Origin: an uncultured Acidobacteriaceae bacterium
GTDB taxonomy: Bacteria > Acidobacteriota > Terriglobia > Terriglobales > Acidobacteriaceae
Assembly (NCBI GenBank): GCA_963797135.1
Contig: CAWCOK010000011.1
Location: 220,444 to 284,443 of the forward strand
Reading direction: 5' to 3'
DNA: 64,000 nucleotides
Shown: one piece after another, positions 49,950-61,589 of the stretch
Layout of the letters: every line of letters starts with the position of its first letter
Position numbering within the stretch: position 1 is the first letter of the stretch
Translations under genes and position numbers: made by a program
Notes under the pieces: generated by a model
What the model was told of the DNA's origin: nothing
Databases searched by the model: none
Seen by the model: only the letters and a program-made list of their open reading frames with translations

Positions 49950-51569
49950 ATGATTTCCAAGAGACCGACATTGGGATTATTGTGGCGAGGCCGGATGCTG
50001 TATGTGGCCGGTCTGTGTCTAGCGCTGATGTACGCGTTTGGCGTATCGACCGTAAGCGCTCAAGGGAAGAAGCCGAACATTTTGGTCATCTTCGGCGATG
50101 ACGTCGGCCAGACGAACATCTCCGCCTATGGTGACGGCGTGGTGGGTTACAGGACACCGAATATTGATCGCATCGCCAAAGAGGGGATGAAGTTCACCGA
50201 TTACTACGCGGAGAACAGCTGCACAGCCGGGCGCTCGACGTTTATCACCGGCCAGAGTGCGAAGCGCACCGGCCTCTCCAAGGTCGGTCTCCCGGGAGGG
50301 GCCGCTGGATTACAGGCGAGAGACATCACCATCGCCCAGGCGCTGAAGCCGTTGGGATACGCCACCGGCCAGTTCGGTAAGAACCACCTCGGCGACCGCG
50401 ATGAGTTCCTTCCCACCAATCACGGCTTCGACGAGTTCTACGGCAACCTTTACCACCTCAACGCGGAAGAGGAGCCGGAGCGTCCGTACTGGAAGTCAAT
50501 CAACGACGCCGATCCCACCTTCAAGAAGTTCTACGAGCCGCGCGGCGTGCTGCATAGCTATGCCGACGGCAAGATTGAAGACACTGGTCCGCTGACAGCC
50601 AAGCGCATGGAGACCACCGACGAGGACTTCGAGAACGCGGCCGAGGGCTTCATCAAAAAACAGGTGGATGCCAACAAGCCCTTTTTCGTGTGGATGTGTT
50701 TCACCCATATGCATGCGTTCACCCACGTGACCGACGCCATGAAGGGGCAGAGCGGCATGCCGGGCAACGAATACGCCGACGGCATGGTGCAGCACGACAA
50801 GGATGTGGGTAAGCTTCTCGACTACCTCGACCAGCTAAAGGTGACGGATAACACGATCGTCGTTTACACCACCGACAACGGCCCGAACCAGTTCAGTTGG
50901 CCCGATGCTGCAACGACGCCGTTCCGCAGCGAGAAGGACACGAACTGGGAGGGAGCCTTCCGCGTGCCGGGAATGGTTCGATGGCCGGGACACATCAAGG
51001 CCGGCGCAATCTCCAACGAGATCTTCTCAGGATTGGACTGGTTCCCCACGCTGCTCGCAGCAGCAGGAGATTCGAACATCAAGGAAGGTCTGCTGAAAGG
51101 AACGAGCGTCGGCGGCAAAACCTTCAAGGTTCACCTCGATGGCTATAACCAGTTGCCCTACCTTACAGGCCAGCAGCCGCATGGCGCCCGTCACGAGTTC
51201 TTCTACTTCAACGACGATGGAATGCTTGTAGCCACGCGAATCGATGACTGGAAGTATGTATGGTGCGAGCAGCGAGTTCCGGGAGGAATGCAGGTCTGGG
51301 CCAATCCCTTTACCTGCCTTCGCTTCGCAAAGGTCTTCAATCTGCGTATGGACCCCTTCGAGCGGGCAGATGTTGTCTCCGATGTGTACTACGACTGGAT
51401 GACAAAAAATGCTTATCTGGCGGCATATGGCGTAAAGCACTCCGCGGAGTTTTTGCAGACTTTTATCGACTATCCGCCGAGCCAGATTCCGGACAGCTTC
51501 TCGATTGATCAGATCGAGGAGAGGATCGATGCAGCCAATAGAGCCAAGGCGGCTGCACAGAAGAAGTGA
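49950..51569 (+). CDS. Arylsulfatase-like S1 sulfatase (Cys-type), secreted
   Basis: [58 protein letters not shown]. Start ATG 49950 after GGGAG. Confidence 0.93.
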   Translation: MISKRPTLGLLWRGRMLYVAGLCLALMYAFGVSTVSAQGKKPNILVIFGDDVGQTNISAYGDGVVGYRTPNIDRIAKEGMKFTDYYAENSCTAGRSTFITGQSAKRTGLSKVGLPGGAAGLQARDITIAQALKPLGYATGQFGKNHLGDRDEFLPTNHGFDEFYGNLYHLNAEEEPERPYWKSINDADPTFKKFYEPRGVLHSYADGKIEDTGPLTAKRMETTDEDFENAAEGFIKKQVDANKPFFVWMCFTHMHAFTHVTDAMKGQSGMPGNEYADGMVQHDKDVGKLLDYLDQLKVTDNTIVVYTTDNGPNQFSWPDAATTPFRSEKDTNWEGAFRVPGMVRWPGHIKAGAISNEIFSGLDWFPTLLAAAGDSNIKEGLLKGTSVGGKTFKVHLDGYNQLPYLTGQQPHGARHEFFYFNDDGMLVATRIDDWKYVWCEQRVPGGMQVWANPFTCLRFAKVFNLRMDPFERADVVSDVYYDWMTKNAYLAAYGVKHSAEFLQTFIDYPPSQIPDSFSIDQIEERIDAANRAKAAAQKK

Positions 51570-51656
51570 TGTTCTGCCTGTGCGAGCGGAAGGACGGGTG
51601 ACTGTCCTGCCGTTCGTGCCACGAAGTGAACGGGTTGTCTTACAAGGAGCAATGGG

Positions 51657-53274
51657 ATGATGTCGAGTAAAAAGAACTGGCGACCAAAACGAAGTTTTCT
51701 CGTCCGGCTTAGTGCGATCTGCTTCTTCGTGCTGACAGCCGGATTTGCGGTCCAAAGCGTAAACGCCCAGGCGAAGAAACCCAACATCCTGGTGATCTTC
51801 GGTGACGATGTAGGGCAGGCGAACATCAGCCGCTACACCCATGGTGTGGTCGGATATAACACGCCGAACATCGACAAGATCGGTGAAGAGGGAATGACCT
51901 TCACCGACTACTATGCGGAGAACAGCTGCACGGCGGGCCGCTCGTCGTTCATCACGGGCCAGTCGCCGATGCGTGTTGGTCTCACCAAGGTTGGAGTTCC
52001 CGGAGCACCGGTTGGACTGCAGAAGCGGGATATCACCATCGCTGAAGCGTTGAAGCCGCTGGGATACGCGACCGGGCAGTTCGGCAAGAACCATCTCGGC
52101 GATCGCGATGAGTATCTGCCGACCAACCACGGCTTCGACGAGTTCTTCGGCAATCTGTATCACCTGAATGCCGAGCAGGAGCCGGAGATGCCGTACTGGC
52201 CGAAGGACGATCCGGTCTTCCTGAAGGTGTACAACTCCTCGCGGTGTTATCCACTCATTTGCTGACGGCAAGATTGAGGATACGGGGCCGCTGAACATCA
52301 AGCGCATGGAGACGATCGACGACGAGACGACGAGCGCGGCGATGGACTTCATGGACAGGCAGGTGAAGGCGGGCAAGCCGTTCTTTACCTGGATGAACTT
52401 CACCCGCATGCACGTCTTTACTCACGTTCGCCCCGAGTACATCGGCAAGGCCGGACTGGGTAAGGGCTATGAGTATTCCGACGGCATGTGGGAGATGGAC
52501 CAGAACGTCGGGCAAGCTGATGAAGAAGCTCGACGATCTTGGCATCAAGGACAACACGATCGTCATTTACACGACGGACAACGGGCCGAATATGTTCAGG
52601 TGGCCCGATGCGGCGATGACTCCCTTCCGCAGCGAGAAGGACTCGAACTGGGAGGGTGCGTTCCGGGTTCCGGCGATGGTCCGGTGGCCGGGGCACATCA
52701 AGCCGGACCAGTGGTCGAATGAGATCGTTTCGGGGCAGGACTGGTTCCCGACGTTGCTGGCGGCGGCAGGAAATCCGGACATCACGGAGCAACTGCTGGC
52801 GGGAAAGGGACCGGGCGGCATGGCGCATAAGGTCCACCTGGATGGATACAACATCCTTCCCTATCTGAAGGGAAAGAGGCACACTCGCCACGCAAGGACT
52901 TCTATTACTTCGATGACGACGGCCAGCTAGTGGCCATGCGCCATGAGAACTGGAAGTTTGTCTTCTGCGAGCAACGTGCGCCCGGGAACCTGGACATCTG
53001 GTCAGAATCCGTTTACGTGTCTGCGACTGCCGAAGATATTCAACCTTCGTATGGACCCGTATGAACGGGCTGCCTATCACGTCAGACCAGTACAACGACT
53101 GGCAGGTCCACAACGTTTACCTGGCCATTCAAGGGCGGAATCATTGCGCAGCAATTTATGGAGACGTTCAAGGAGTATCCGCCAAGTCAGCCTCCGCGAG
53201 CTTCACGATCGATCCGGAAGGAGCGCTAAATGCTGGAACGAGAAGGCGCTAGCCAAGAACAGCACAAGAAGTGA
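51657..53274 (+). CDS. Second arylsulfatase-like S1 sulfatase; several frameshifts (about 52235, 52512, 52880-53250)
   Basis: Same motifs as the upstream paralogue ([46 protein letters not shown]) spread over successive frames; likely ends at AAGAAGTGA 53274, like its paralogue. Confidence 0.85.
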
Positions 53275-53322
53275 CCGAGATGATCCGCGTTCATCGTTTG
53301 CACAAAGTGATACGCAACGACA

Positions 53323-53353
53323 GACCGGGTTCATTACAACAATGAACCCGGTC
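53323..53353 (+). terminator. Intergenic perfect hairpin after the second sulfatase
   Basis: 13-bp stem GACCGGGTTCATT/AATGAACCCGGTC, 5-nt loop, no strong U-tract. Confidence 0.5.
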
Positions 53354-53465
53354 GATGTATTTAAAGGGACAACGCATGCCTTCGGCAAGGGTCACGTTAA
53401 GCTCCGTACTCGGTGGATCAAACCAATAGCAACACCCCTGAGAAGCTACTTCGTTCGGCGGTACG

Positions 53466-55926
53466 GTGCTGGCGCTATTTTTGTCGGGAACAGCGGCGCT
53501 GGTCTTTCAGGTTCTGTGGATCAGGCAGCTCTCGCTGGTGGTGGGGGTCGAGGTTTATTCGATCACCATTGCGGTAAGCGCTTTCTTTGCGGGACTGGCT
53601 GCGGGCGGCGCGGTGTTTGGGCGGATTGCGGATCGGTGGAGCCGGCCCTATTTTCTGTATGCACTGCTGGAGGTCGGAGTTGCGCTGGCGGGAGTGGGAG
53701 CGACGCTGGCGTTGTCGCATGCTGCGCCGGCGTTCGTGGCGCTTGAGTCGCACGCGAGCGTAGTCGCGTGGGCACTTCCGTTTTTGCTGGTGGGAATGCC
53801 GGCGTTCCTGATGGGAGGGACGCTGCCGGTTGCTATTCGATCGCAGGCTGAGAGCGCAAGTGCTGTGGCGAGCGCAGGCGGTTGGATCTATGCAGTCAAC
53901 ACTGCGGGCGGAATTGCGGGCGCATTGGTCAGCTCGTTTGTATTTTTGCCGTGGTTGGGTGTGCGAGGAACGGCGATTGCGGCTGCTGTGTTGAATTTGA
54001 GCGCGGCTGGAGTTGCGATGATGCTGGATCGACGCACGACGCAGGCGGACGGGCCGATTGCCGAGAAACAGATAACGAGCGAGGCCGCCTCGCCAGTTGC
54101 ATCGAGTACTGCGGTTGCCCTCTATACGATTGCGGGTGGCATTGCGCTGGGGTACGAGGTGGTGTGGTCGCAGAGCATGGCGCAGTTCTTGAGCACGCGG
54201 GTGTTTGCGTTTTCAGTAGTGCTTGCGACTTATCTTGCGGGGCTGGCGGTGGGGAGTGCGCTGTATGCGCGTTATGCGAAGCGGGTGCGTGATCCGTGGG
54301 GAGTGTTTGGGTTATTGATCGCTGCTGCGGGGGTGGTTGCGCTGCTTGAGATTGCGGGGCTGAGCCTGTGGCAGCTTCAGGTGCAGGCGGCGATTGGAAG
54401 GATGGCATTGGCAGTGACTGGTAGCGAGTTCGCACGCATGTGTGCGCAGTTTGCAGTTGCTGCCGTGGGCATTGTTTTTTTGCCGACGGTGCTTTTGGGC
54501 GCGGCGTTTCCCGCAGCGTTGAGGCTTGCGGTAGGACGGGAGCGAACGGGGCGTGATGTAGGCACAGTTGTGGCACTGAACACCGCCGGAGGAATTATCG
54601 GCACGCTGGTGACGGGCTTCGTGCTGGTGCCGGCGGTTGGTCTGGTGCGGACGCTGGCGATGCTGGCGATTGCGGCATCTGCGATTGGAGTTGTGGCTGT
54701 ATTGGTGGGCCGAGGTGTCGGCCGAAGGATGCAGTGGGCGACGATCGGTATGGCGGTGGTGGCTGTTGCTGCCGGGATGTTGACGCCTGCGGATCGGCTG
54801 GCGCGTTTGCTGCTGACGACTCGCGGAGGAGGCGCTCTGGTGTTCTATCAGGAGGCGCGAGGAGCGACGGTGGCTGTGGCGCAGACACGATCGGGGGACA
54901 ATGTGTTTCGAAGACTGTATATCCAGGGAGTTTCGAACTCGGGCGATGCGATGCCGTCGCTGCGTTATATGCGGCTGCAGGCGATGCTGCCGCTGATGAT
55001 TCATCGCGGAGAACCGAAGTCCGCGTTGGTGATTGGCTATGGGACGGGAATTACTGCAGGTGCGGTGCTGCACTATCCGCAATCTTGAGCGCCGCGTGTG
55101 CGTTGAACTGCTTCCCGCGGTTGTGCAGGCGGGACGGCTTTTTCCTGAGAACTACAAGGCTGGGGTCGATCCGCGGATGCAGATACGTATTGGCGATGGT
55201 CGTCATGAGTTGCTGCGGAGTTCGGAGAGCTACGACCTGATCACGCTGGAGCCGCCGCCTCCGGCTGCAGAGGGGGTGGTGAATCTTTACTCTACGGATT
55301 TTTATCGGCTCGCCAGCAAGCGGCTTAATGCTGATGGATTGTTTGCGCAGTGGTTGCCGATCGGCACGCAGAATGCGGAGGATACGCGGGCGTTGGTGAA
55401 GAGCTTCCTCGATGTCTTTCCGTATGCCACGCTGTGGAGCACAGAGCTGCACGAGATGTTGCTGATCGGGTCGCATTCGCCGATTGAGATGGATGTGCGG
55501 AGCATCACGAATCGCTTTGTGCAGGCGGACGTGAGCACTTCATTGAAAGCGGTCGGTATATCTTCGCCAGCGGCGTTGCTGGCCACGTGGGTTACGGGGA
55601 GGGAAGGCCTTGAGCGATATGCCGCCAATGTGCGTCCTGTGACCGATGACTATCCGCGGATTGAGTACGCGTCGTGGGTGCATCCCAAAGAGATTACGGT
55701 TGCGCTTCCTGAGCTGCTTGCTCTGCGAACAGATCCTCCGCTGGTGAACGCGGATGACGCCTTTCGCAATGAAATTGCGCTTCAACGTCAGAGTCTGCTT
55801 GATTTCTACTCAGCGGGTATCGCAGCTTACAACGGAGATCGCGAGGCGTGGTCGGCGGCGATGCGGCGTGTCGACGCGGCGGATGGCGGCAACCCATACT
55901 ATGGCTGGATTTCAGGCGACAGGTAA
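53466..55926 (+). CDS. Fused multi-TM (MFS-like) / spermidine-synthase-like SAM-binding protein; frameshift near 55082; true start may be ATG 53376
   Basis: Two repeats of SG...(Y/F)(Q/E)V.W...NTAGGI.G; then ALVIGYGTGITAG, VELLPAVV, GDGRH, YDLITLEPPPP, NLYSTDFY, TDDYPRIEY. Confidence 0.85.
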
Positions 55927-56031
55927 GGGGTTTCAATTTCAGTGCCGAAGCAGCTCGCGTATTTCGATGAAGTTCTAAAACTGTTCCTCGATTGAAGTGG
56001 CGGCTGAGAATGGGACGCCCTGTTCCCTATT

Positions 56032-56078
56032 TGGAAATAATTTTTCTATTGACATCAGTTTCTACATTCACATAAATT
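56032..56078 (+). promoter_or_regulatory. Sigma-70 promoter (TTGACA 56049-56054, TAAATT 56073-56078) with adjacent candidate operator TGGAAATA
   Basis: Consensus -35; TGGAAATA-N7-TATTGA architecture repeated at 62734-62756. Confidence 0.6.
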
Positions 56079-56179
56079 TCCTTGCAGCCTAAAGATCAAA
56101 GAATCAAGTAAGGCGGCCGCATGGATTTCTGCCACGGATAACCTGGCGGTGAATTTTTGCGGCTTTTCGGAGGAAAGTT

Positions 56180-59100
56180 ATGCGAGGCAATACCATGTGC
56201 ATCGGTGACAAAGCGAGTTTCAGCGGCAAGAAGTGGATTGCGATCCTATTGGTGTGGATCGGTTTGTTTGTTGCTCCCGCCGTGGCGCAGACCGGCGGTG
56301 AAGGAGCGATCAGCGGTACCGTTACGGATACGACGGGTGCGGTTGTCCCCAACGCTGAGGTGGTCGCCACTAATAACGGCACCAGTGTTCAGACAAAGCG
56401 GACGAGTTCGTCGGATGGTCTTTACAACATTGCGCCGCTGACGCCCGGCACTTATACCGTGACAGTCACCGCGCAGGGGTTCAACCAGTTCAAGCAAGAG
56501 AACGTGGTGGTGAACGCCCTGAACACGTTTGGGCTGAATGTGAATCTGAAGGCAGGAAGCGTGAACGAGACCGTCACCGTCACTGACGCTCCTCCGGCGC
56601 TTGAGACCACGAATGCCACACTGGGTGGCACGATTGAAAACAGTCTCTACACAAAACTGCCTGTCATGATCTCGGGTAGCCAACAGCGCGATGTTACGCA
56701 GTTTTCGAACCTGTTGCCGGGCGCGCAGGTTAATCCTGGCGGACGATCATCGATCATCGGAGGCACGGGGCAGCGGCTGGGAGAGCTCTATCTCGACGGT
56801 CTTCCGATTACGACATTGAGCCAGCAGGGTGACAATCGGCCCGTGTTCAACATTGTTCCGCTGGAGGCGATCGATCAGATCAAGGTGGTAACCAGCGGCT
56901 TCTCGGCGGAGTACCAGGGCGCTGGCCTCGAGAACTACAACACGAAGACGGGCACGAATACGTATCACGGAGCCATCTTCGGCTACTTCCGCAACACGGT
57001 CTTCGACGCTTGGAGTTTTTCGTCCAAGCCCGGCGGCGGTAATACCACGACGATTGTGCAGAACGGCGTTGCTACAAAGATTCCGGGTCCGAAGCCTCCG
57101 GAGAACCAGAACGAACTGGGTTTCTCTGTGGGAGGCCCAGTCAAGATTCCGTTCCTCTTCAATGGTCGCGACAAGCTGTTTTTCTTTGCGACGTATGACA
57201 AGTTCCGCTCCCGGCTTGGCGCGAATCCAAGCGCCACCTCGATTCCCACGACGCTGATGCGTCAGGGCAACTTTCAGGAGTTGATTCCCGCGAGTGCGGC
57301 GACGGGCGGACTAGGTAATACAGCAGGTGTGAACTATCCCATCTATGATCCGACGACACAGGCGACCTGCACGGCGCACAGCACAACAGGAGCATGCCGC
57401 TATCAATATGGCTACGGACCGGGAGCGACTAACGGTCCTAACGGGAATCCCGTGATAACGGCACCGGGTAAGGTCAATGTGATTCCGGCGAGCCAGCTCT
57501 CGCCGATTACGCAGTACATGCAGAAGTTCCTGCCGACGCCAACGATCGACCAGGTCGGCACGATTCAGAACAACTATCTCGGCGGAGTTCCCAGCGGGTA
57601 CGACAACTGGCTCTACTCGGGCCGTGTCGACTACAACATCTCTGCCCGGCAGACGCTCTCCTTCGTGATTACAGGTGGTAACCGTCATGCTGTTCCATAT
57701 ACGGCTACCGCAAATGCTCCACTGCCTGTGCCGTACTACGCCTCCACGGCCTCGACTGTTGCCGGTCACTGGGTTGACCTTGGATACACGTTCGTCGTGA
57801 ATCCGCACCTGATCAACCAGGCCAAGTTCGGTTTCATGAACTTCGGCGGGCCTCCGGTAAAGAACCTTACCCAGGGCATTCCGGAGTATGCTGCGACGGC
57901 ATCCGGCATCAAGGGGCTTCCTGCGGGGCAGGCCTCGGAGAACTTCCCGAACACGACCTTCTCCGGAAGCAATGCACCGTACATGTGGGTGGGCAACACA
58001 CCGACGACGACCAATGTTTCGGAGACGTACACCCTGAAGGACAACGTCAGTTATCTCCGTGGCAAGCACTCGCTCAACTTTGGCTTCCAGTATCAGTGGC
58101 TGCAAAACAACGCGAGCACGGCCGACGGTCCGTCGCTGCCGATGACGCTTACCTGGAACACGAACGATACGGCAAACCTGAGCGGGAGTACGTTCGTCAC
58201 GAACTCAGGCTACTCCTACGCGAGCTACATGATTGGCGCCGTGGGCAGCAGCTCCCTTACGCAGCAGACATTCAGTCTGCTCGGCGGACGTTTTCATCCG
58301 TTTGCGGGTTATGTTCAGGACGACTATAAGGTCACTCCCAAACTGACCATGAACCTGGGCCTTCGCTGGGACTACCTGCCAACCTATAACGAGGCGCAGG
58401 ACCGCTGGTCGTTCCTCAACCCCGATATCAAGAATCCCATTACCGGAAATCCTGGAGCTTTGCAGTTTGCAGGCAATCGAGGAGATGGGGTGAGCTGCAA
58501 CTGCCGTACTCCGGTGAATAACTACTATAAGAACTTCGGCCCTCGTCTTGGGCTCGCGTACTCTGCTGACGAGAAGACTGTGTTCCGCGCGGGATTCGGG
58601 ATTCTCTTCTCGCATGCGGGAGGCACGGGCGGGGCGGGCGGAGCAGCGACTGGAACCGGTCAGGCTGGCTTCAACAGCGCAGTCACGTTATCTGACAGCA
58701 CAACTGGTCCTGCGTTTTATCTGAACAGCGCAAATGCGAACTGGGGCGGAGCCGGCTACTCGCTGCCGCCGGTCGCTCCCATCACCGCCATCAGCCAGAC
58801 TCTTGGGACGGGCTACTATGTTTGCTCGGGCCAGAGCTATGCTCCTTGCAATGGTGCCACCGGTACTTCGGCGGGTACGGGAACGAGCATCGCTTATCCG
58901 GATCCGTACGTCGGCGGTCGCGCTCCCACCTTCAACTTCTGGAACGTTGGAATGCAGCGCGAGGTCACCAAAGACATTACGGTGACGTTGAACTACGTCG
59001 GCAGCCAGAGTCACTTTATCGCTGGCGCGGGCAACATCCGCGGCCTGCAGTCGGGCCAGATGGATCCTAAGTGGCTGGTGCTCGGCGCCAACCTGACCAA

Positions 59101-60144
59101 GCCTGCCACTGCTGCGAACATCGCAGCAGCCCAGGCACAAAGCGGCCTTACGATTCCTGTTCCCTACGCCGGCTATACGGCTGCAGCGGCTTTGAATGCC
59201 AACGCAACTATCGCCCATATGCTGACATGGATGCCTCAGTATGCGGGTACCAGCGATCCGTGGGGCAATGTCGCGAATGCAAACTACAACGCCTTCCAGC
59301 TTTCGGTCAGCCACCGCGCATCGCATGGCCTGACGATGAACGTCAACTACACCTATTCGAAGAACATCGATGATGCGGGAACACAGCGCAGCGGTTATGC
59401 GATTCCTGCGTTTGCTACTTCAAATGGACAGGCGTGGGCGCAGAACCGCATCGACCGATCACTCAGCATCAACAGCCAGCCGCAGAACCTGAGTGTCTTT
59501 GGTGTGTATGAACTGCCGTTCGGCAAGAACAAGATCGGCGGCGAACACTTCTGGGTGCGTGCACTCTGGGTGGTTGGGACTTCTCGAACATCTTCCAGTA
59601 CAGCTCCGGTATTCCGCTGGCGATCGTCGGCACCTGCAACGCAAGCACGCAGAACGTTGGCGCCGGCACATGCATGCCGGATGCGAACCCAAACTTCATT
59701 GGAGGCAATCCGCGCCAGAATGGCGGTTGGGGAGACGGTGTTACCGCGGCCACTTTGGGGACGAAGAGCTACCTGACCGGGGCGCTTACGAGCGCTACGC
59801 CGGGTACCGGAGCCGGCGGCGTTCCATGCTCGGCCAGCAGCGGTCCTTATTGCAATTCGGGACAGTTCCAGATCGGCAACCTTACGCGCATCGCTCCTTA
59901 CGGATTGCGTGGGCCTGGCGTGTACCGCCTCACCAGCGCACTTCGGCGCACCTTTGATATCACCGAGCGCGCGCAATTTATCTTTGGTGTCGATTGCCAG
60001 AACGTCACGAACACCGTGACCTTTGGCAACAACGCGTCGAATAATCAGATTGGAGTGAATGTAAACACCGCAACATTCGGAACGCTCAACTTTGCGAGCG
60101 GCGATCCTCGTGCCTTTCAACTTTCGGGACGGTTCACCTTCTAA
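56180..60144 (+). CDS. TonB-dependent outer-membrane receptor (Oar-like); frameshift near 59565
   Basis: Signal peptide, GTVTDTTGAVVPNA, KTGTNTYHG, YVQDDYKVTPKLTMNLGLRWDY, GPRLGLAY; C-terminus QLSGRFTF in the 59674..60144 frame. Confidence 0.9.
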
Positions 60145-60227
60145 AGAAGGTGCCGTTCTGATGGCTGAATGGCTTAGTGTTTCAATAGGGAGTATATTTC
60201 TGGCTCAGAAGGCCCTGAGAGAAACAG

Positions 60228-61433
60228 ATGACGACTAACGGTGCAGGCGCAGCAGAGCGGAATGCGGAGAGGATCTGGAGCGCGCTCGACGGCTTCCGGA
60301 TCGAAGTGCCTTCGTGGGGATTTGCCAACACCGGGACCCGGTTTGGGAAGTTCGTGCAGGGCGGCGCGGCGACGACGATTGAGGAGAAGTTTGCCGATGC
60401 CTCGCAGGTGAACGCGCTGACGGGCGCGAGTCCCACGGTGGCGTTGCACGTGTTGTGGGATCTGCCTGCAGGAAAGAAGGACGTGCCTGCGATCCAGGCG
60501 CTCGAGAAGAAGTATGGAGTGCGTTCAGGATCGATCAATCCGAATCTTTTTCAGGACCAGGAGTACAAGTACGGTTCGATCGCCAATCCTGATTCTGAGA
60601 TTCGCAAGAACGCCCTGACTCACTTACTGGATTCGGTGGAGATCGGGCGGGAGTTGGGATCGAAGGACGTCTCGTTGTGGATTGCGGACGGCTCAAACTA
60701 TCCCGGGTCGCAGAGCGTACGTCGGCGGATCGGGTGGATGGAAGAGGTTCTGGGAGCGACCCATGCTGCCCTTGGACCTGATCAGCGAATGCTGGTGGAG
60801 TATAAGCCGTTTGAGCCGGCCTTTTATCACACGGACATCGCCGACTGGGGCATGGCTCTGGAGCTTGCGCGACGCGCTGGGCCGAAGGCGAAGGTGCTGG
60901 TGGATACGGGGCACCACTACCAGGGAACGAACATTGAGCAGATCGTGGCGTGGCTGCTGCATCTTGGAGCGCTGGGAGGATTCCACTTCAACGATCGCAA
61001 GTATGCCGATGACGACCTGACCCTGGGCTCGATCGATCCATACCAGGTGTTCCGCATCTTCCATGAGATTGTGAGCGCAAAGCCGAGCGAACGCTCGGAG
61101 ATCGCGTTCATGATCGACCAGAGCCACAACCTGAAGGGCAAGATGGAGGCGATGGTGCAGACTGTGATGACGGCGCAGGAGCTGTATGCGAAGGCTGCGC
61201 TGGTCGATCAGGAACGGCTGGCAGAGCTGCAGGATGCATGTCGGCTGGTGGAGGCAGAGGAGTGTTTCCGCGACGCGTTCTGGCAGGACGTGCGGCCGAT
61301 GGTGCGGGAGTGGCGCGCGGCACGAGGACTTCCGGCTGATCCGCTGCAGGAGCTTGCCGAGAGCGGCTATGTTGAGAAGATCACGCGCGAACGCGAAAGC
61401 AAGAATTCAAAGAGTATTTCGAGCTACGCATAG
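60228..61433 (+). CDS. rhaI: L-rhamnose isomerase (RhaI-type, xylose-isomerase-like TIM barrel)
   Basis: IEVPSWGFANTGTRF, INPNLFQD, WIADGSNYPG, EYKPFEPAFY.TDIADWG, DTGHH, FHFNDRKYADDDL, MIDQSHN. Confidence 0.9.
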   Translation: MTTNGAGAAERNAERIWSALDGFRIEVPSWGFANTGTRFGKFVQGGAATTIEEKFADASQVNALTGASPTVALHVLWDLPAGKKDVPAIQALEKKYGVRSGSINPNLFQDQEYKYGSIANPDSEIRKNALTHLLDSVEIGRELGSKDVSLWIADGSNYPGSQSVRRRIGWMEEVLGATHAALGPDQRMLVEYKPFEPAFYHTDIADWGMALELARRAGPKAKVLVDTGHHYQGTNIEQIVAWLLHLGALGGFHFNDRKYADDDLTLGSIDPYQVFRIFHEIVSAKPSERSEIAFMIDQSHNLKGKMEAMVQTVMTAQELYAKAALVDQERLAELQDACRLVEAEECFRDAFWQDVRPMVREWRAARGLPADPLQELAESGYVEKITRERESKNSKSISSYA

Positions 61434-61589
61434 ACGGGCGAGGATGCCGATCAAGGTCATTCGAGCGTGAGAACCCGCGAGAATCTTAAGTTTATCGATT
61501 GAACAAAATAGGAACGGCCATTTCATTAACGAAACAGAGCAGTTTTGCAGCATAATGGCCGCTGTGTCGTTATTTCCTTGCGAGAGACT

